Assembly: GCA_977017645.1 (NCBI GenBank)
Contig: OZ360246.1
Coordinates: 10,416,001-10,480,000, forward strand
Reading direction: 5' to 3'
Source: Torpedo marmorata
Taxonomy: Eukaryota
DNA length: 64,000 bases
Position numbers and translations under genes: made by a program. Positions within the stretch are counted from its first letter, which is position 1, and each line of letters begins with the position of its first letter. The notes beneath the pieces are model-generated. The model was not told the DNA's origin, searched no databases, and saw nothing but the letters and a program-made list of their open reading frames with translations. This document shows, in pieces, positions 1-12,604 of the stretch.

Positions 1-480
1 CCTCACGGGCTCACTGGGCTAACCTGTAGCCCCTCCCCATTACATCCCTTAATAAAGACTGAGAGCCCTAGTCTCCTCCCCTATACCTGCCTTGGACGTG
101 AGCCAGCAGCATGTAGAGGCATGCCTGGGTTTTCTGATTAATAAATTGTAGCGCGATCAATGACCACTCGCAGACATGAAGCAAACGATCAAAGGCTTTA
201 TTAATCAGAAAACCCAGGCATTCCTCTACAAGCCCGAAACGTCGGTTATGTATTTCTACCTTTGCTACATAAAATACACTGTTTGACCTGCTGAGTTTCT
301 CCAGCATTTGTGTTTTTTACTTCAACCACGGTGTCTACAGATTTTCGTGTTTTATTTCCTCTACATGCTGCTGGCTCACGTCCAAGGCAGGTATAAGGGG
401 AGGAGACTAGGGCTCTCCGCCTTTATTAGGGGATCTAATGGGGAGGGGCTACAGGTTAGCCCGGTGAGCCAGTGAGGACA
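1..480. mobile_element. Inverted pair of short LTR-like sequences: truncated plus copy 1-145 and full minus copy 147-480 interrupted by a PLE terminus
   Basis: 1-145 is the reverse complement of about 197-230 plus 366-477. The minus copy starts TGT (480), ends ACA (147) and has AATAAA about 50 nt before its end. Confidence 0.6.
231..355 (+). mobile_element. Penelope-like element 3' terminal fragment with TSD TTCCTCTACA
   Basis: agcccgaaacgtcggttatg...ctgctgagtttctccagc...tttcgtgtttta matches the termini of the GIY-YIG-bearing copies. TTCCTCTACA at 221-230 and 356-365. Confidence 0.8.
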
Positions 481-504
481 TGCCCGCAGTACTGTGTTCC
501 ATCA

Positions 505-790
505 CAGTGTGTGTGTGTGTCTGTGTGTGTGGGAGTCTGGATGTGCATGAGTTTGTGAGTGTGAGCATGTGTGAGAGTGCATATGTGAGTTTATGTGGGT
601 GTGTATGTGTGCGAGTGTGTGTGTGTGGATGTGTATGCGTTTGAATGTGCGTGTGTGTGAGTGTGTACATGTGTGTGGGTGTGTATGTGTGCGAGTGTGT
701 GTGTGTGGATGTGTATGCGTTTGAATGTGCGTGTGTGTGTGTGTACATGTGTGTGGGTGTGTATGTGTGTGAGTGAGTGTGCACATGCAC
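505..790. repeat. Degenerate (TG)n microsatellite with an internal period of about 80 bp
   Basis: TG-rich tract in which gggtgtgtatgtgtg recurs at about 597, 677 and 755. Confidence 0.9.
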
Positions 791-1727
791 ATCCGTGTAC
801 GACGGAAGTTCTATTCACATTAGTATTCAGGAAGCGAGAGCTGGGTTGTCAACAAACGAGACTGAGAAACACAGTTTGTGGGAATATTCTCCTTCCACAC
901 TGTGGCCTCGGTGTAAACCCAGCTTCAGCTGATAACCCCCACCTTTCTGCCAGTGACGATTCGACAGTGGAGTTTACCCACTTTCCAACCTAGCCTCTCA
1001 TGGCCCTGAGTCGATAGCACAAAACTGTCCTCAGATCCCACACCTTGCAGGTGGCACACGGAGAGGTTATTTGTGACTTTACACACAACGCAACAGATCT
1101 CTGATCTAATTGCATTCCAAGCTGCTCAAAGGACAGGTGGGATCCGTAAAGAAAACAACATATTGGAGAGGCATTCTTCAACACAATCACCTTGTCAAGG
1201 CTTGGCTATTGCGTTCCTCAGGAACCCAGAGTAGCACATGCAATGACTGAATGCTTTCCGTGCAGTCTGTATGGGATCATTGCCAGATAGTCAGAAATGT
1301 GTCTTAAAATGTATATAATGAATTAATTCATCGCTCACAGCCAGTAAATGATAAACAGTCAGCACCAGGATGGACTGACTGAGGTGTCAACGTGTGGCCG
1401 GTCGTTCTGGAATGTCCTTGCCCTGACCCGCATCTGGACGGCAGCCAGCGGAGGTCAGGATGGAGCTGGTCCGTTTACAGGTGGTAACCAGCTTGTTGAC
1501 ATGCTGACCGATCCTATTTGCAGACTGTCCCCACCCATTCATGTGTTGGACCTGTCCGTTCACACGTTGAACCTTTCAGTGCCCGACAGTTCGTTGAAGA
1601 GCCGGGCAGAGTTTCAGCCACCATGGGCTGACAGGTTCTGAATATTTCTTTGATGCTGAGATGAGCCATTTGGGGTGTCCCGATTCCATGCTGGGTACGA
1701 CAGGCATGAGGCCACAAGGACATCTTT

Positions 1728-2228
1728 ACACCTTTCGCAGCGTAAAGCCCTGCAAAAGGTAGTGGACACAGCCCAGGACATCGCAGACAAAACCCTCCCC
1801 ACCATCAAGAACATCTACAGGGAACGCTGCTGTCGGAGGGCAGCAGCAATCATCAAGGATCCACACCACCCAGCACACGCTCTGTTCTCGCTGCTGCCAT
1901 CAGGAAAGAGGTATAGGTGCCACAAGACTCGCACCACCAGGTTCAGGAACGGCTGCTACCCCTCCACCATCAGTCTCCTCAACGACAAACTCAATCATAG
2001 ACTCATTTAAGGACTCTTACTTTTGCACTTTATTGATTTTTGCTCTCTGTATTGCACAGTCAGTTTATTTACATTTCTTTATTTGTTTACATGTGTACAT
2101 TGAGTACAGTTTATTTTTTTCACTACCAATAAGTGGTAATTCTGCCTCGCCCGCAGGAAAAAAGGAATCTCAGGGTTGTATGTGATGTCGTGTATGTACT
2201 CTGACAATAAATCTGATATCTAAATCTG
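1728..2228 (+). mobile_element. Rex1/Babar-clade LINE 3' fragment
   Basis: Encodes RKALQKVVDTAQ...DPHHPAHALFSLLPSGKRYR...RFRNGCYPSTI (Rex1-type RT C-terminus); 3' UTR ends aataaatctga. Confidence 0.85.
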
Positions 2229-2281
2229 AGATATCAATAGGGGCCACTAGTGTAAAAATATAATCTTTTAGCCTATACCTT

Positions 2282-2530
2282 GGGTGGCATGGGTAGTGTA
2301 GCGATTAGCTCGATTCTATTACAGCGTCGGCAACCCGGGTTCAAATCCAGCGCTGTCTTTAAGGAGTTTGTACATTCTCTTCGTGTCTGCGTGGGTTTTC
2401 CCCAGGTGCTTTAGTTTCCTCCCACCCTCCAAAATGTATGGGGTTGTAGGTTAATTTGGGTGTAATTGGGCGGCTTGGGTTTAAATTGCCGGAATCGGCT
2501 TCGACCGTGTTGCAAATAAAATATAAACCT
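2282..2530 (+). mobile_element. tRNA-derived SINE (HE1/V-SINE-like)
   Basis: tRNA head with A/B boxes (ggttcaaatcc), conserved core, CR1-like 3' end. Confidence 0.8.
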
Positions 2531-2787
2531 TTAACTTGCTGATTGTCTGAGTTAAAGAACTTCAGAACTGAGATTGTACAAAAGACCATCATTGACCAGC
2601 GCTGACTGGATCCCTTATCACTGAGATGGAAGCTGCTCGGACCACCAGTTTCCGATTCCTAGCCCTTAGTTTGCAGATTTGCAGCTTATCGTACTTCGGG
2701 CGATGCACGTTTGTGCCGCTCTCAGTCCTCTGCTGAGTTCCAGACCCCCACCATATATTGGGTGAAGCACCTCTCCTTGTGGCTGAT

Positions 2788-3122
2788 GCAGTGGTACAGT
2801 GGTTGGTGCTGTTGCCTCTCAGCTCCACTGACCTGGGTTCAGACCTGAGCTCCAGTGCTGACTGTGTGGAGCCTGCGCACTCTTGCTGTTACCAAGTGGG
2901 TTTCCTCCCAGGGCTTCCAGTTTCCTGCAACATCCCACTGGTGAATCAGCTGCTGTAAATTACCCGTCAGTGTAGGTTAATGACAAGACGAGCCTAAGGG
3001 GAGTTGATGGACACTTGGGAGAATAAGCTGCAGGGGTACAGGGTATCAGGGGAGGGAGGAGTGGGATTGCTCCCCTGACAGCTGGAAGAGTTCCGATGTT
3101 CAAATGGCCTCCTTCTGCATCA
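2788..3122 (+). mobile_element. Older HE1/V-SINE-like copy (similar ones at about 12222-12445, 20485-20628, 54975-55230 and 57320-57500)
   Basis: gtggtacagtggttgg...ctgggttcagacctga...gggtttcctcca core. Confidence 0.55.
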
Positions 3123-3462
3123 CTGAAAGATTACCTCCCCTCTAATCAATTATGTTAAACCCTTGTCTCCTAATTGTGGACCCCTTCACTGCAGTGGTTC
3201 TGCTCACGAATATGGAATGAGCTGCCAGAAGTGGTAGAGAGGAGCATGCACTTATAATGTTCAGAAGACATTTAGACAGGTTCACAGGCAGGAAACGTTA
3301 GGAGGGCTGTGGGCCATACATAGGTAAATGGGACTAGCTCAGGTAGACAACTTGGCTGGGATAAAAGTAAAAAACACAATGCTGGAGAAACTCAGCAGGT
3401 CAAACAAAAAGATACATAACCAACGTCTCGGGCATGAGCCCTTCATCAAGGCATGAACAAAA

Positions 3463-3773
3463 GGGGCGGCACGGTTGGCGTAGCGGTTAGCGCAATGCCT
3501 TTACAGCGCCAGTGATCGGGACCGGGGTTCGAATCCTGTGCTGTCTGTAAGGAGTTTGTACGTTCTCCCCGTGTCTGCGTGGGTTTTCCCCGGGGGCTCC
3601 GGTTTCCTCCCACCGTTCGAAATGTACCGGGGGTTGTAGGTTAATTCTGTCTAAATTGGGCAGCACGGACCCGTGGGCCAAAATGGCCTGTTACCGTGCT
3701 GCATGTCTAAATTAAAAATTTAAATTAAAAAATTTAAACATTTAAATTTAAAAATTAAAAATTTAAATTTAAA
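3463..3773 (+). mobile_element. tRNA-derived SINE (HE1/V-SINE-like) with long AT tail, inserted into a PLE terminus
   Basis: ggcggcacggttggcgtagcggttagcg...ggttcgaatcc...gggtttt...ctccggtttcctccca...cctgttaccgtgctg plus an (aaattt)n tail. Confidence 0.9.
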
Positions 3774-4716
3774 ATGTGGGCAGGCGCCCGAACAAAATGG
3801 TGGAATGGGGGCAGGGGGAGGAGCACAGTCCCACAGGCAGGAGGTCATAGGTGGATAAAGGAGGGAGCGTGTTTCTCCAGAATTGTGTTTTTACTTCAAT
3901 CACGGTGTCTGCAGACTTTCGTGTTTTACTCCTGTCTACTGCAAAACTCTGCGAAATCTCTTCGAAGGATGCCTACCCTGAAGAAGTTTTCCTTTGCTCT
4001 CTGAAGGGAGTTCTGTGGGAATCTCTCTCACTGCTCCGATCTGTAATCCCTGCTTCTCTCAACCTCTACGACCATGTACTCACCCAGACAGCCCTCCCTC
4101 CCTTATCCCGGGAATATATTCTTATTGAAATGTTGCAAATGCCTCAGAATTGCACTTGCTGTTAAATTCTGTCTGTGAACCCAAAATACTCTGCTCATTT
4201 TCTCTGATCAGTCACCAGTTCTGGTATCAGGCGAAAGTCTCCTTTTTTTACTGCTGCACTTGTGAACTAATGGTAGTGTTCCAGATGAACCAGATTACTT
4301 TTTCTGTAAGATAATGGGGCAGAACATCTCGCTAACTGAGCGATTTGGCTAATATCTCCAGTCCACATCCTCGTTAAGCCTCAGCAGTGAAAGAGCTCAG
4401 CTCTCCTTCTGCCCTCCAGCTGATGGGACAGGCAACAAAGAGCTGGGTGTGGGCGACATGGGGGGTGGGGGGAGAGCTGTCTCATGCCGTGAAACCAACC
4501 TCTCCACTCCTTGCACCAACCTCCTACAACAAACAAGGGGTCACTGCAGCTAGTTGGGACTCTGCCAAGATCCGCTTCCAAACCCACAAGAATGGGAGTT
4601 TATTTGCAGAAAGAACGATGTCCACAATGTTAACCTGCCTTTCCCCTTTGGAGATTTCCAGCATTTTTATCTGGTTCTGGAAACTTCTGTCTCAGGGCAC
4701 AAGTCGGAGAGCAGGT

Positions 4717-5251
4717 TTAATGACTCTTACTTTTGCACTTTATTGATTTTTTTTCTCTCTGTGTTGCACAGTGGGTCTGTTTACATTTATTTATTTATTT
4801 ATTTACAGTACATTTGAGAACATCTACAGGGAACGCTTCCGTCGGAGAGCAGCAGCAATCATCAAAGACCCACAACACCCAGCACACACTCTGTTCTCTC
4901 TGCTGCCATCAGGAAAGAGGTATAGGTGCCACAAGACTCGTACCACCAGGTTCAGGAACAGCTGCTACCCCTCCACCATCAGACTCCTCAACAACAAACT
5001 CAATCAGGGACTCATTTAAGGACTCTTAATTGTGCACTTTATTAATTTTCTTTGCTCTCCCTGTATTGCACAGTCAGTTTGTTTACATTCGTTATCTGTT
5101 TACAGTTCTTTGTTTGTTTGCATGTTTACGCTGTGTACAATTTTTTTTGCGCTACCAATAAGTGGTAATTCTGCTGCGCCCGCAGGAAAAAGGAATCTCA
5201 GGGTTGTATGTGATGTCATGTATGTACTCTGACAATAAATCTGAAATCTGA
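4717..5251 (+). mobile_element. Rex1/Babar LINE 3' fragment preceded by a second copy of part of the 3' UTR
   Basis: Same peptide (ENIYRERFRRRAAAIIKDPQHPAHTLFSLLPSGKRYR). 4717-4815 repeats the start of the 3' UTR. Tail aataaatctgaaatctga. Confidence 0.85.
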
Positions 5252-5589
5252 GGTTTACCTGCCAGTGATTTCGCGATGCAAGGTTCAGTTTGACTGGGGT
5301 TTGCTGTGTTAGAATGTCGTGGCAAACGCACTCACTGACTGAACTGAGCATCTTTAGACTTTGGTCTTCAGAGGGGATTCAAACAGCACCTTTTGATACA
5401 GTTCTGAAGGAGGAATATGAACTCACCACATTTCGATATAGTTTTAAGAGGGGTTTTGAGGATGGGGAGAACGGGGCTCCATGCCCTTCTACACGTAGAG
5501 CCTTCTACATGTTGCCAATGTAGAAGGCTCTGGTGCAGGCAGTCCGGTTACAAGGGAAAGGATTTAAATTAACCTTCCTACGCTACAAG

Positions 5590-6042
5590 GTGTGCGGAGG
5601 AGAGATACCAGGATGTTGCCGGGACTGGAGTGCTTGAGTTATAGGGAGAGCTTCATGGGGCTGGGCCCTTATTCCCTGGGGTGTAGGAGGCTGAGGGGTG
5701 ACTTTACAGAGGTTTATAAAATCATGAGGGCTATCACCAAAGTGAATGCTCACAATCTTTTTCCCAGGGCAGATGATTCCAGAACTAAAGGGCATGAGTT
5801 TCAAGTGAGATTTAAGAGGGACCTGAGAGGCAATCTTCACACCCAAAGTGGTGTCCATATCTGGAATGAATGCCAGAGGAAGTTATGGAAGCGGGTACAA
5901 TTGTCATATTCCAAAAACATGGGACCAGATACATGGATGGGAAGGGTTTAGAAGGATATGGACCTAATGCAGGCAAATGGGAGCAGGCCCAGAATGTCAA
6001 CTTGGTCAGCATGTAGAAGACGGGCTGAAGGCTGTGACTCTA
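5590..6042 (+). mobile_element. CR1-clade LINE 3' fragment
   Basis: RMLPGLECLSYRE...RRLRGDFTEVYKIMR, typical of the CR1 RT C-terminus. Confidence 0.8.
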
Positions 6043-6149
6043 CTGTGTGGGTACATTTCTGATTCAGTGCAATCAAAATGTTGTAATATTAAAAATATAA
6101 ATCTATTAAGAAGGTATTCTTGAAACAATAAATGTACAGCACTTAGAAT

Positions 6150-6560
6150 AATACAAAATTAGGAGCAGGAGAAGGCCATTCAGCCCTTCGAGCTTGCACC
6201 ACAATCACGGCTGATCATACAGCAATACTGCCCTTTGCCTGCTTCTCTCCATATCCCTTGATCCCTTGACCTATAAGGACCACAATCCAATGCCGTTTTG
6301 AATATATTTAATGAACTGGCCTCAACAACTTTCTGTGGTAGGGAGTTCTACAAGTTCACAACTCTCTGAGTGTAGAAGTTCATTCTCCAGTCCAAAATGG
6401 CTTCCCCTTTCTCTTCAGTCTGTGACCTCTTATTCTGGACTTCCCCAACATTAGGAACATTCTTTCTGTATCTAATCTGTCTGGTCCAGTCAGAATTTTA
6501 TTTGTCTCAGTGAGATTCCCTCACATTCTAAATCCCAGTGAGTATAACCCAATCTATCCA
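6150..6560 (-). mobile_element. CR1-clade LINE 3' fragment
   Basis: Homologous to 15165-15670 (ggagcaggagaaggccattcagccc...ttccccaacatt). Confidence 0.7.
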
Positions 6561-6589
6561 CTAAGTGGCAATCTGCAAACTTAGATATA

Positions 6590-6851
6590 TTTTTAAAAAA
6601 ATTTAAATTTAGACATACAGCACGGTTACAGGCCCTTTTGGCCCACGAGCCTGTGCCGCCCAATTTACACCCAATTGACCTACAACCCCCGGTACGTTCT
6701 GAACGGTGGGAGAAAACCGGAGCACCCGGAGGAAACCAACGCCGACAAGGGGAGAACGTACAAACTCCTTACAGACAGCGCAGGATTCAAACACAGTCCC
6801 GATCGCTGGTGCTGTAACAGCGTTGCGCTAACCGTTACGCTAACCGTGCCA
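6590..6851 (-). mobile_element. tRNA-derived SINE (HE1/V-SINE-like)
   Basis: Reverse complement of the 3463 family. Confidence 0.9.
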
Positions 6852-8825
6852 TGCCGTTACATTCAAATCCTCTGTCTACATCATTAATATATATTGTGAA
6901 TAGCTGTACCGTGAGGTACCTATCAGTAACTGCCTGCCAATTTAAAAATGATCCACTTACTGTGTGGTGACTGCAGTTACAAAGGATAAAAGAAAATTAA
7001 TTGTAATTCTTGGATGCAGTGTTCATTCATAAGATCTGGGCATCACTAACATGCCCATCGTTAAATGCCCTAAGGAAAGTGGAGCTGCCTTCTTGAACTA
7101 CTTTAAGCATTTAAGAAGTGTCTAGATGAGCACGTAAATCGCCTGGACATAGGAGGCTGCTGGCCAAGTGCTGGACTAATATGGATGGATTCCCACTGGT
7201 CAGCCTGAACATGGTGGGCCGAATGGCCTGTTTCCATGCTATATAACTTTGACTGCTTCGCTCTCCTTCAGTCCTTCGGGTGCTAGTGCTCCCGATGCAG
7301 TGTCGGAGAGGGTTCCAGGATTCGGATAACATTGAGGCAACTTGCAGAGAAAATGGAGAAGCTGACCTCCTAAGCTCCCTGTCCCTATGAGTGAGTGAGG
7401 TCATTGGTTTGGAGGGTGCCGGCATGTACTCACCTCCCAACGTGGAAGGGAACTGGAAAAAGTTTCGCCCACAGAAATTCCTTACAGTGAGAGGGAATGG
7501 GGAGAGCGACACTTTGTTGGGATTTGATCCTTCATGCAGTGAGACATCACACTAGGCATGCCCTGACCACCTGGTGCTTCAGGTTCATTACTTCTGCTCA
7601 GGCTGGGAGAGCTCTGCACCAAAAATGGCCAAAGCATATACTGAGGACCTCTCCCCTCCCACCCCACCACCTCACCACCCTCAATAAGAACCCCCAGCCT
7701 CCAACTAACCTCTGATTTATTTCCAAAAATTATCCCTCCCTGTCTTTTTTACTCTTCATATTAGTTGCAGTTGACAACCAGATATGCAAAGCAGTCTCAA
7801 TTATTGAGTTTATTTATGGTTTACAGAACCACAGTGTTAAATGAAAGATGCCTCTTAGTAACTGGAGAGAGTTGACTTGCAACTCGAGTTACAAACCCTC
7901 CAGCTTCTCAGAGTTTGTCTGTGGGTTGCGGGAGGCAGGGGTTACAAATCCTCTGTTTCAAGCACCTCAAAGATCCTCCCTGTTTTTAACAGCACTACAG
8001 GCCAGATTAGATGTTTTCTTAGAACTCTTTATTTCCATATTTAAATCCTAAAACCTTTCACTAAATGCAATTATTGTCTTTTGCTTTCTTTCAATGACAA
8101 TATTAATTTTGCATAACCAGTAATCCCTGCTCGGCAGTAATACATTTGGCATTTTTATTTAAAAAAACAATTTTGTCTCCACTCCCTGTGTCCCCTGCTA
8201 ATCTGGTTTTCTCAACAAAGACTCAAAACAAGGGGAAATTGCTGCATCATTCATAAACTGTCATATGCGGAACTTGTAGTTTGAAAAATAATGTAAAAAC
8301 AGGAAATTAATGTTTATGGGTGTTTCTGGGAAACTGGTTGGTAAAGTGCAGGGATTGCAACTGACAGCTTTTATCAAATCCATGGTTCTTTGGAGTGTTC
8401 CTGTGTATCCAGGACCAAAGAGTATCATCGGTAAATCTGATAACATGGATCTGGGATGCCTCTCTTGCTGCTGTTGGACAACGTTCAAATATAACCTGTT
8501 TTCTACACATCATTATTTGTATGAAGAAAGACATAACGACAGAAGCGTTTCTGTTCCTTATGTTGTTGCTTCAGAATAAAAGGCAAATCATGCTGTTGTC
8601 TATTTAAAATAAAAATGTTTTCATCCAGGAGAGGCGATTTTCACAGTAATGGTGCAAGTGCAGAAACTCGAAATGGGTGGGTTCAAATTGTGCCTTGTAA
8701 ATTGACTCATCTGTCACTGGACCAAACCACTCCAAGCTCCCTAGTTTCTGGAAAACCATTTCGGTCTCTGTATCAAAGGATGTATTCGGCCTAAAGAGAG
8801 TGCGGCAGATTCTAATCAGTTAGAC

Positions 8826-9325
8826 CAGTGGTTTTCAAACTTTTTCTTTCCACTCACATACCACCTTAAGTAATCCCTATGCCATAGGTGCTCTGTGATT
8901 AGTAAGGGATTACTTAAGGTGGTATGTGAGTGGGGAAAAAAAGGTTGCGAACCACTGCTCTAGACCCAATTGTTACTGAAATATTTTGCTTGAGAAAAAT
9001 TGTCATTGGCTCATTTCCTTTGGAGTTATGAAACCGTGCACATAACGAGTCAATTAGGTACGATTAAAACAGTGGTTTTCAAACTTTTTCTTTCCACTCA
9101 CATACCACCTTAAGTAATCCCTTACTAATCACAGAGCACCTATGGCATAGGTAAACACGAAAATCTGTAGACACCGTGGTTAGAGTAAAAAACACAAAAG
9201 CTGGAGAACTCAGCAGGTCAAACTGTTTGACCTGCTGAGTTCTCCAGCTTTTGTGTTTTTTACCTATGGCATAGGGATTACTTAAGGTGGTATGTGAGTG
9301 GAAAGAAAAAGTTTGAAAACCATTG
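8826..9325. mobile_element. hAT (Charlie-like) non-autonomous compound element: two inverted palindromic MITEs plus a spacer
   Basis: TIRs CAGTGGTTTTCAAAC; 8-bp TSD AGTTAGAC at 8818-8825 and 9326-9333. Contains a PLE fold-back at about 9152-9262 with duplicated acctatggcatagg. Confidence 0.9.
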
Positions 9326-9632
9326 AGTTAGACTGATTCCTCAAATGTTTGGGTCGGTTCGGGTGGGTCCCATTGTTACCAAGAAGAATCGACGGGATAA
9401 GTGTTGAGAGGTGTTCCCAGGCCAGAGAGCCTGGAACTAGGAATAAAAATCGCAGTTCAATGAGGATCGAGATGACCATATTTATTTTCACACAGTGTTA
9501 CAACTCTTTGGACACCTCTGCTCTGGAAGCAGAGGTGCCTCAGTCATTGAATATATTTAGGATTATGAAAGACAGATTTTTGGCCTCTGGGCAAATTAAG
9601 GTTTATGGGGAGCAGGTAGGTAAGTTCTGTTC

Positions 9633-10030
9633 ACATAGAACACCACAGCACAGAAAACAGGCCGTTCGGCCCTTCTAGTGTGTGCCAAAACATCATTCCG
9701 CTAGTCCCACTGACCTGCACCCATTCCATAACCCTCCAGGCCTCTCCCATCCATGTATCTATCCAATTTATTTTTAAAACTTAAGAGTGAGCCCGCATTT
9801 ACCACGTCAGATGGCAGCTCGTTCCACACTCCCACCACTCTCTGAGTGAAGAAGTTCCCCCTAATGTTCCCCCTAAACCTTTCCCCTTTCACCCTAAAGC
9901 CATGTCCTCTTGTATTTATCTCTCCTAATCTAAGTGGAAGGAGCCTACTCGTATTTACTCTGTCTATACCTCTCATAATTTTGTAAACCTCTATCAAATT
10001 CAACACACTCAAATCTCCCATCAGCCTTCT
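9633..10030 (-). mobile_element. CR1-clade LINE 3' fragment
   Basis: LIEVYKIMRGIDRV...TRGHGFRVKGERFRGNIRGNFFTQRVVGVWNELP; 3' end gggccgaacggcctgttttctgtgctg. Confidence 0.9.
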
Positions 10031-12604
10031 TTGTTTCAAAACAAAATCTTCATTCCTGAGAACATCTGAGTTAACCTCTTCCATGCCCTACCTCCAAACT
10101 GCATGCATCATACTCATGAGGCACAACCATACTTCTAGCTCAGCCATCCAGCTCCCTCATCCTGCGCCTCACACAAGAGAGGCAAGTACAGCATTTCTGT
10201 ATGTTTTTACTACAATAACAGCGTCTGCAGACTTTTGTGTTTTACTCCATCTATCTGTCTGCTACCTTCAGGGAGTTGTACATGACAACAAAAGATCCTT
10301 GTTCCCCAGTGTGCTGCCATCTACTGAGCAATCCTTTCCCCTGTCTGCACGCCCAAGTTGAGTTCCATATGCTACTTTTCTTCCCACCTGCCATTCTTTA
10401 ACGCCTCTCCGCTGTTTGCGTTTTTTTTTAACCTCACGGCGCCCTCTCTGCTAAATCTGGGCCATTCTCCTGCCTGCCACTGGTTTCGATGGTCGGCTTT
10501 CATCAGGTGGTGAGAACCGGCTGGCAGAAGGAACAACTGAAGCTGGCTGCTAACCCATCCTGCCCTCGCCGTTTCTGATCCTGAATCAAGCCCACGAAGG
10601 CTCCCAAGTCTCGGTGATCCAATGCCCCCAGCTCTCTACCCACCACGACACAGAACCCATAAACCTTATCCGCGCTCCAAACTTTCTCCCATTCCCAAAC
10701 TTCAAAGGATTACTTCTGCCCTCAGTGGCAAGCAACCGCAAGTGGTTAAACTTAAACTGGCATGTATAAAGTTGGTATAAAACTCACAGAAGCTGCTGTG
10801 GTATCGGTTTTCACTCCTGGACTCTCTAACCTTGACGTAATTAATATTTTAAAACCGACATTCACAAAGTATGTGCTTGTTTATTCTCTAAACTTCGTAC
10901 TTTTACCATCAAATTGAAGCATTTCTTGCAGTTCCTTGCCAGAATGTTATGTGAGAGCAGAGGCCGAAATTGCACTCTTCATGCAGTCAGAGTGACTGTA
11001 TTCTGACAATGATGATTGTCAAAACCCCTTCAATTATAATAAAAACATACAAATAAACATTTGGATTCATGTTGCCAACAGTACCATCTGCCAAAGCAGT
11101 GAAATCCACAGGAAAAAAGATAACTAAGAGTTTTTTTAAAAAAATGGAGATAATCCCATGGTTGCTTTTGAGTGTGAATGCTGTGGAGTTCATTTAGCTA
11201 ATTAAATACAAGAGCTTCTGCATTTCAGGCACATTAAATGGATTTTAAGAAAACCTACATGAAACGCAGTTCTTGTTTTACGATAGCATTGGCCTCTGGA
11301 CAATTTCATCTCCACTGCATCACGCTAATTGGCTGATTATATTCTCTGTCAATTAAATATTAATGATGTAATGACACAGTGATTGTAAAAGATCTTGAAT
11401 GGCTGCAAAATAGGCATTTTGATATCTGTTTTGAAATCTACTTGTATAAAGTTGCAGAAAATTATTTGAATACGTTTAACGATACAGGGATATAGTACAT
11501 ACCACGATTTTGGGGAGGGGATGGATTTTTTTTCTCTCTGTCTTGAAATCTAGATGCCTCATTGAATTAGAAGCCACTTCCCAAGGCTTGATCTCAAAAA
11601 ATTCTGCAACATCAGATCCACAGGGCAACATTTACCCCTGTCTGAGTGCTTTCAGTGAGGAAGTTGAAACAGAATCCTAGCTTATCTTGTACTAGACGGA
11701 CTGCAAGTGCAGAGATGTTTACACAAATATTATGCATTATGCGGAACGAATATCAAAACAGAGGGGTTGGCAGATGTAAGAGCAACCTTGTTAGAAATTC
11801 CTTAATTAAATCTCTGACTTAAATAACATCAGCTCTTGGAATTTTTTGCAGGCTACAGTTTCTGTTTACTGCAAATATTTAGTTAAATTTGCATCAAGAG
11901 CACATTTCTCTCTCTGCAAGGTCCTAACCCTGAAATAAATACAGCAGATGGATCTGATATGAAAATGCGACATATCCGTGAATTGCACAATCCACAGACG
12001 CAGGAGAGCGATCCTTTCCTCTTCACTCCTGCAGCAACATGCGACTGACTAACTGGGCAATTGTTTGAGGGAGCAAAGGAGGATGGGGGGGGGTGGTGGG
12101 ATTTAGGGAGCAGGTGGGAAGGCAGAGCTGAAGTTGGTGACCAACCGCGATCTTACTGAAATGCGGAACGTACTTGGATCGGCTTAATCCTTGTCCCGTT
12201 TCTCATAGAGTCATAGAATCCTGACCTCGGGGACTGTCTGTGTGGAGTTTGCATGTTCCCCCTGTGACCCTGCGGGTTGGAAGCTCTGGCTTCCTCCCAC
12301 ATTCCAAAGACACATGGGATGGGAGGTTATTTGGCCCTTGTGATCTTTTCCCTAGTGTATAGGCATGTGGTAAAATCAGGGGGGAGTTCAGAACAATTTG
12401 GAGAGAATAAAAATGGGATGGATGTGGGATTAGTCTATGGGTGTTTGGCTATGACCTTATGTATCCTTGATAAATAGTAGCAGATTTAACATCTGCATTT
12501 TGTATTGTGGTCTTCATTGTAGCTTTGTACCATCTTAACGATGTTAAAATTAGCAATTAGCTGCTGGTTCTGTTTCTCCTTCCGTTTTTACCTCTTTTCC
12601 TGAT

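Noticed and set aside
449-993. His/Thr- and Cys/Val-rich ORFs
   Set aside because: Translations of a (TG)n microsatellite.
1348-1723. Possible retroelement or pseudogene remnant upstream of the Rex1 fragment
   Set aside because: I could not assign the translations to any family with confidence.
3463-3545. tRNA gene
   Set aside because: A/B boxes are present but belong to a SINE head that continues into the SINE core and tail; the same applies to the other copies.
5497-5531. 14-bp-stem hairpin agagccttctacat/atgtagaaggctct
   Set aside because: Too short and isolated to call a miRNA or MITE; probably a local duplication artefact.
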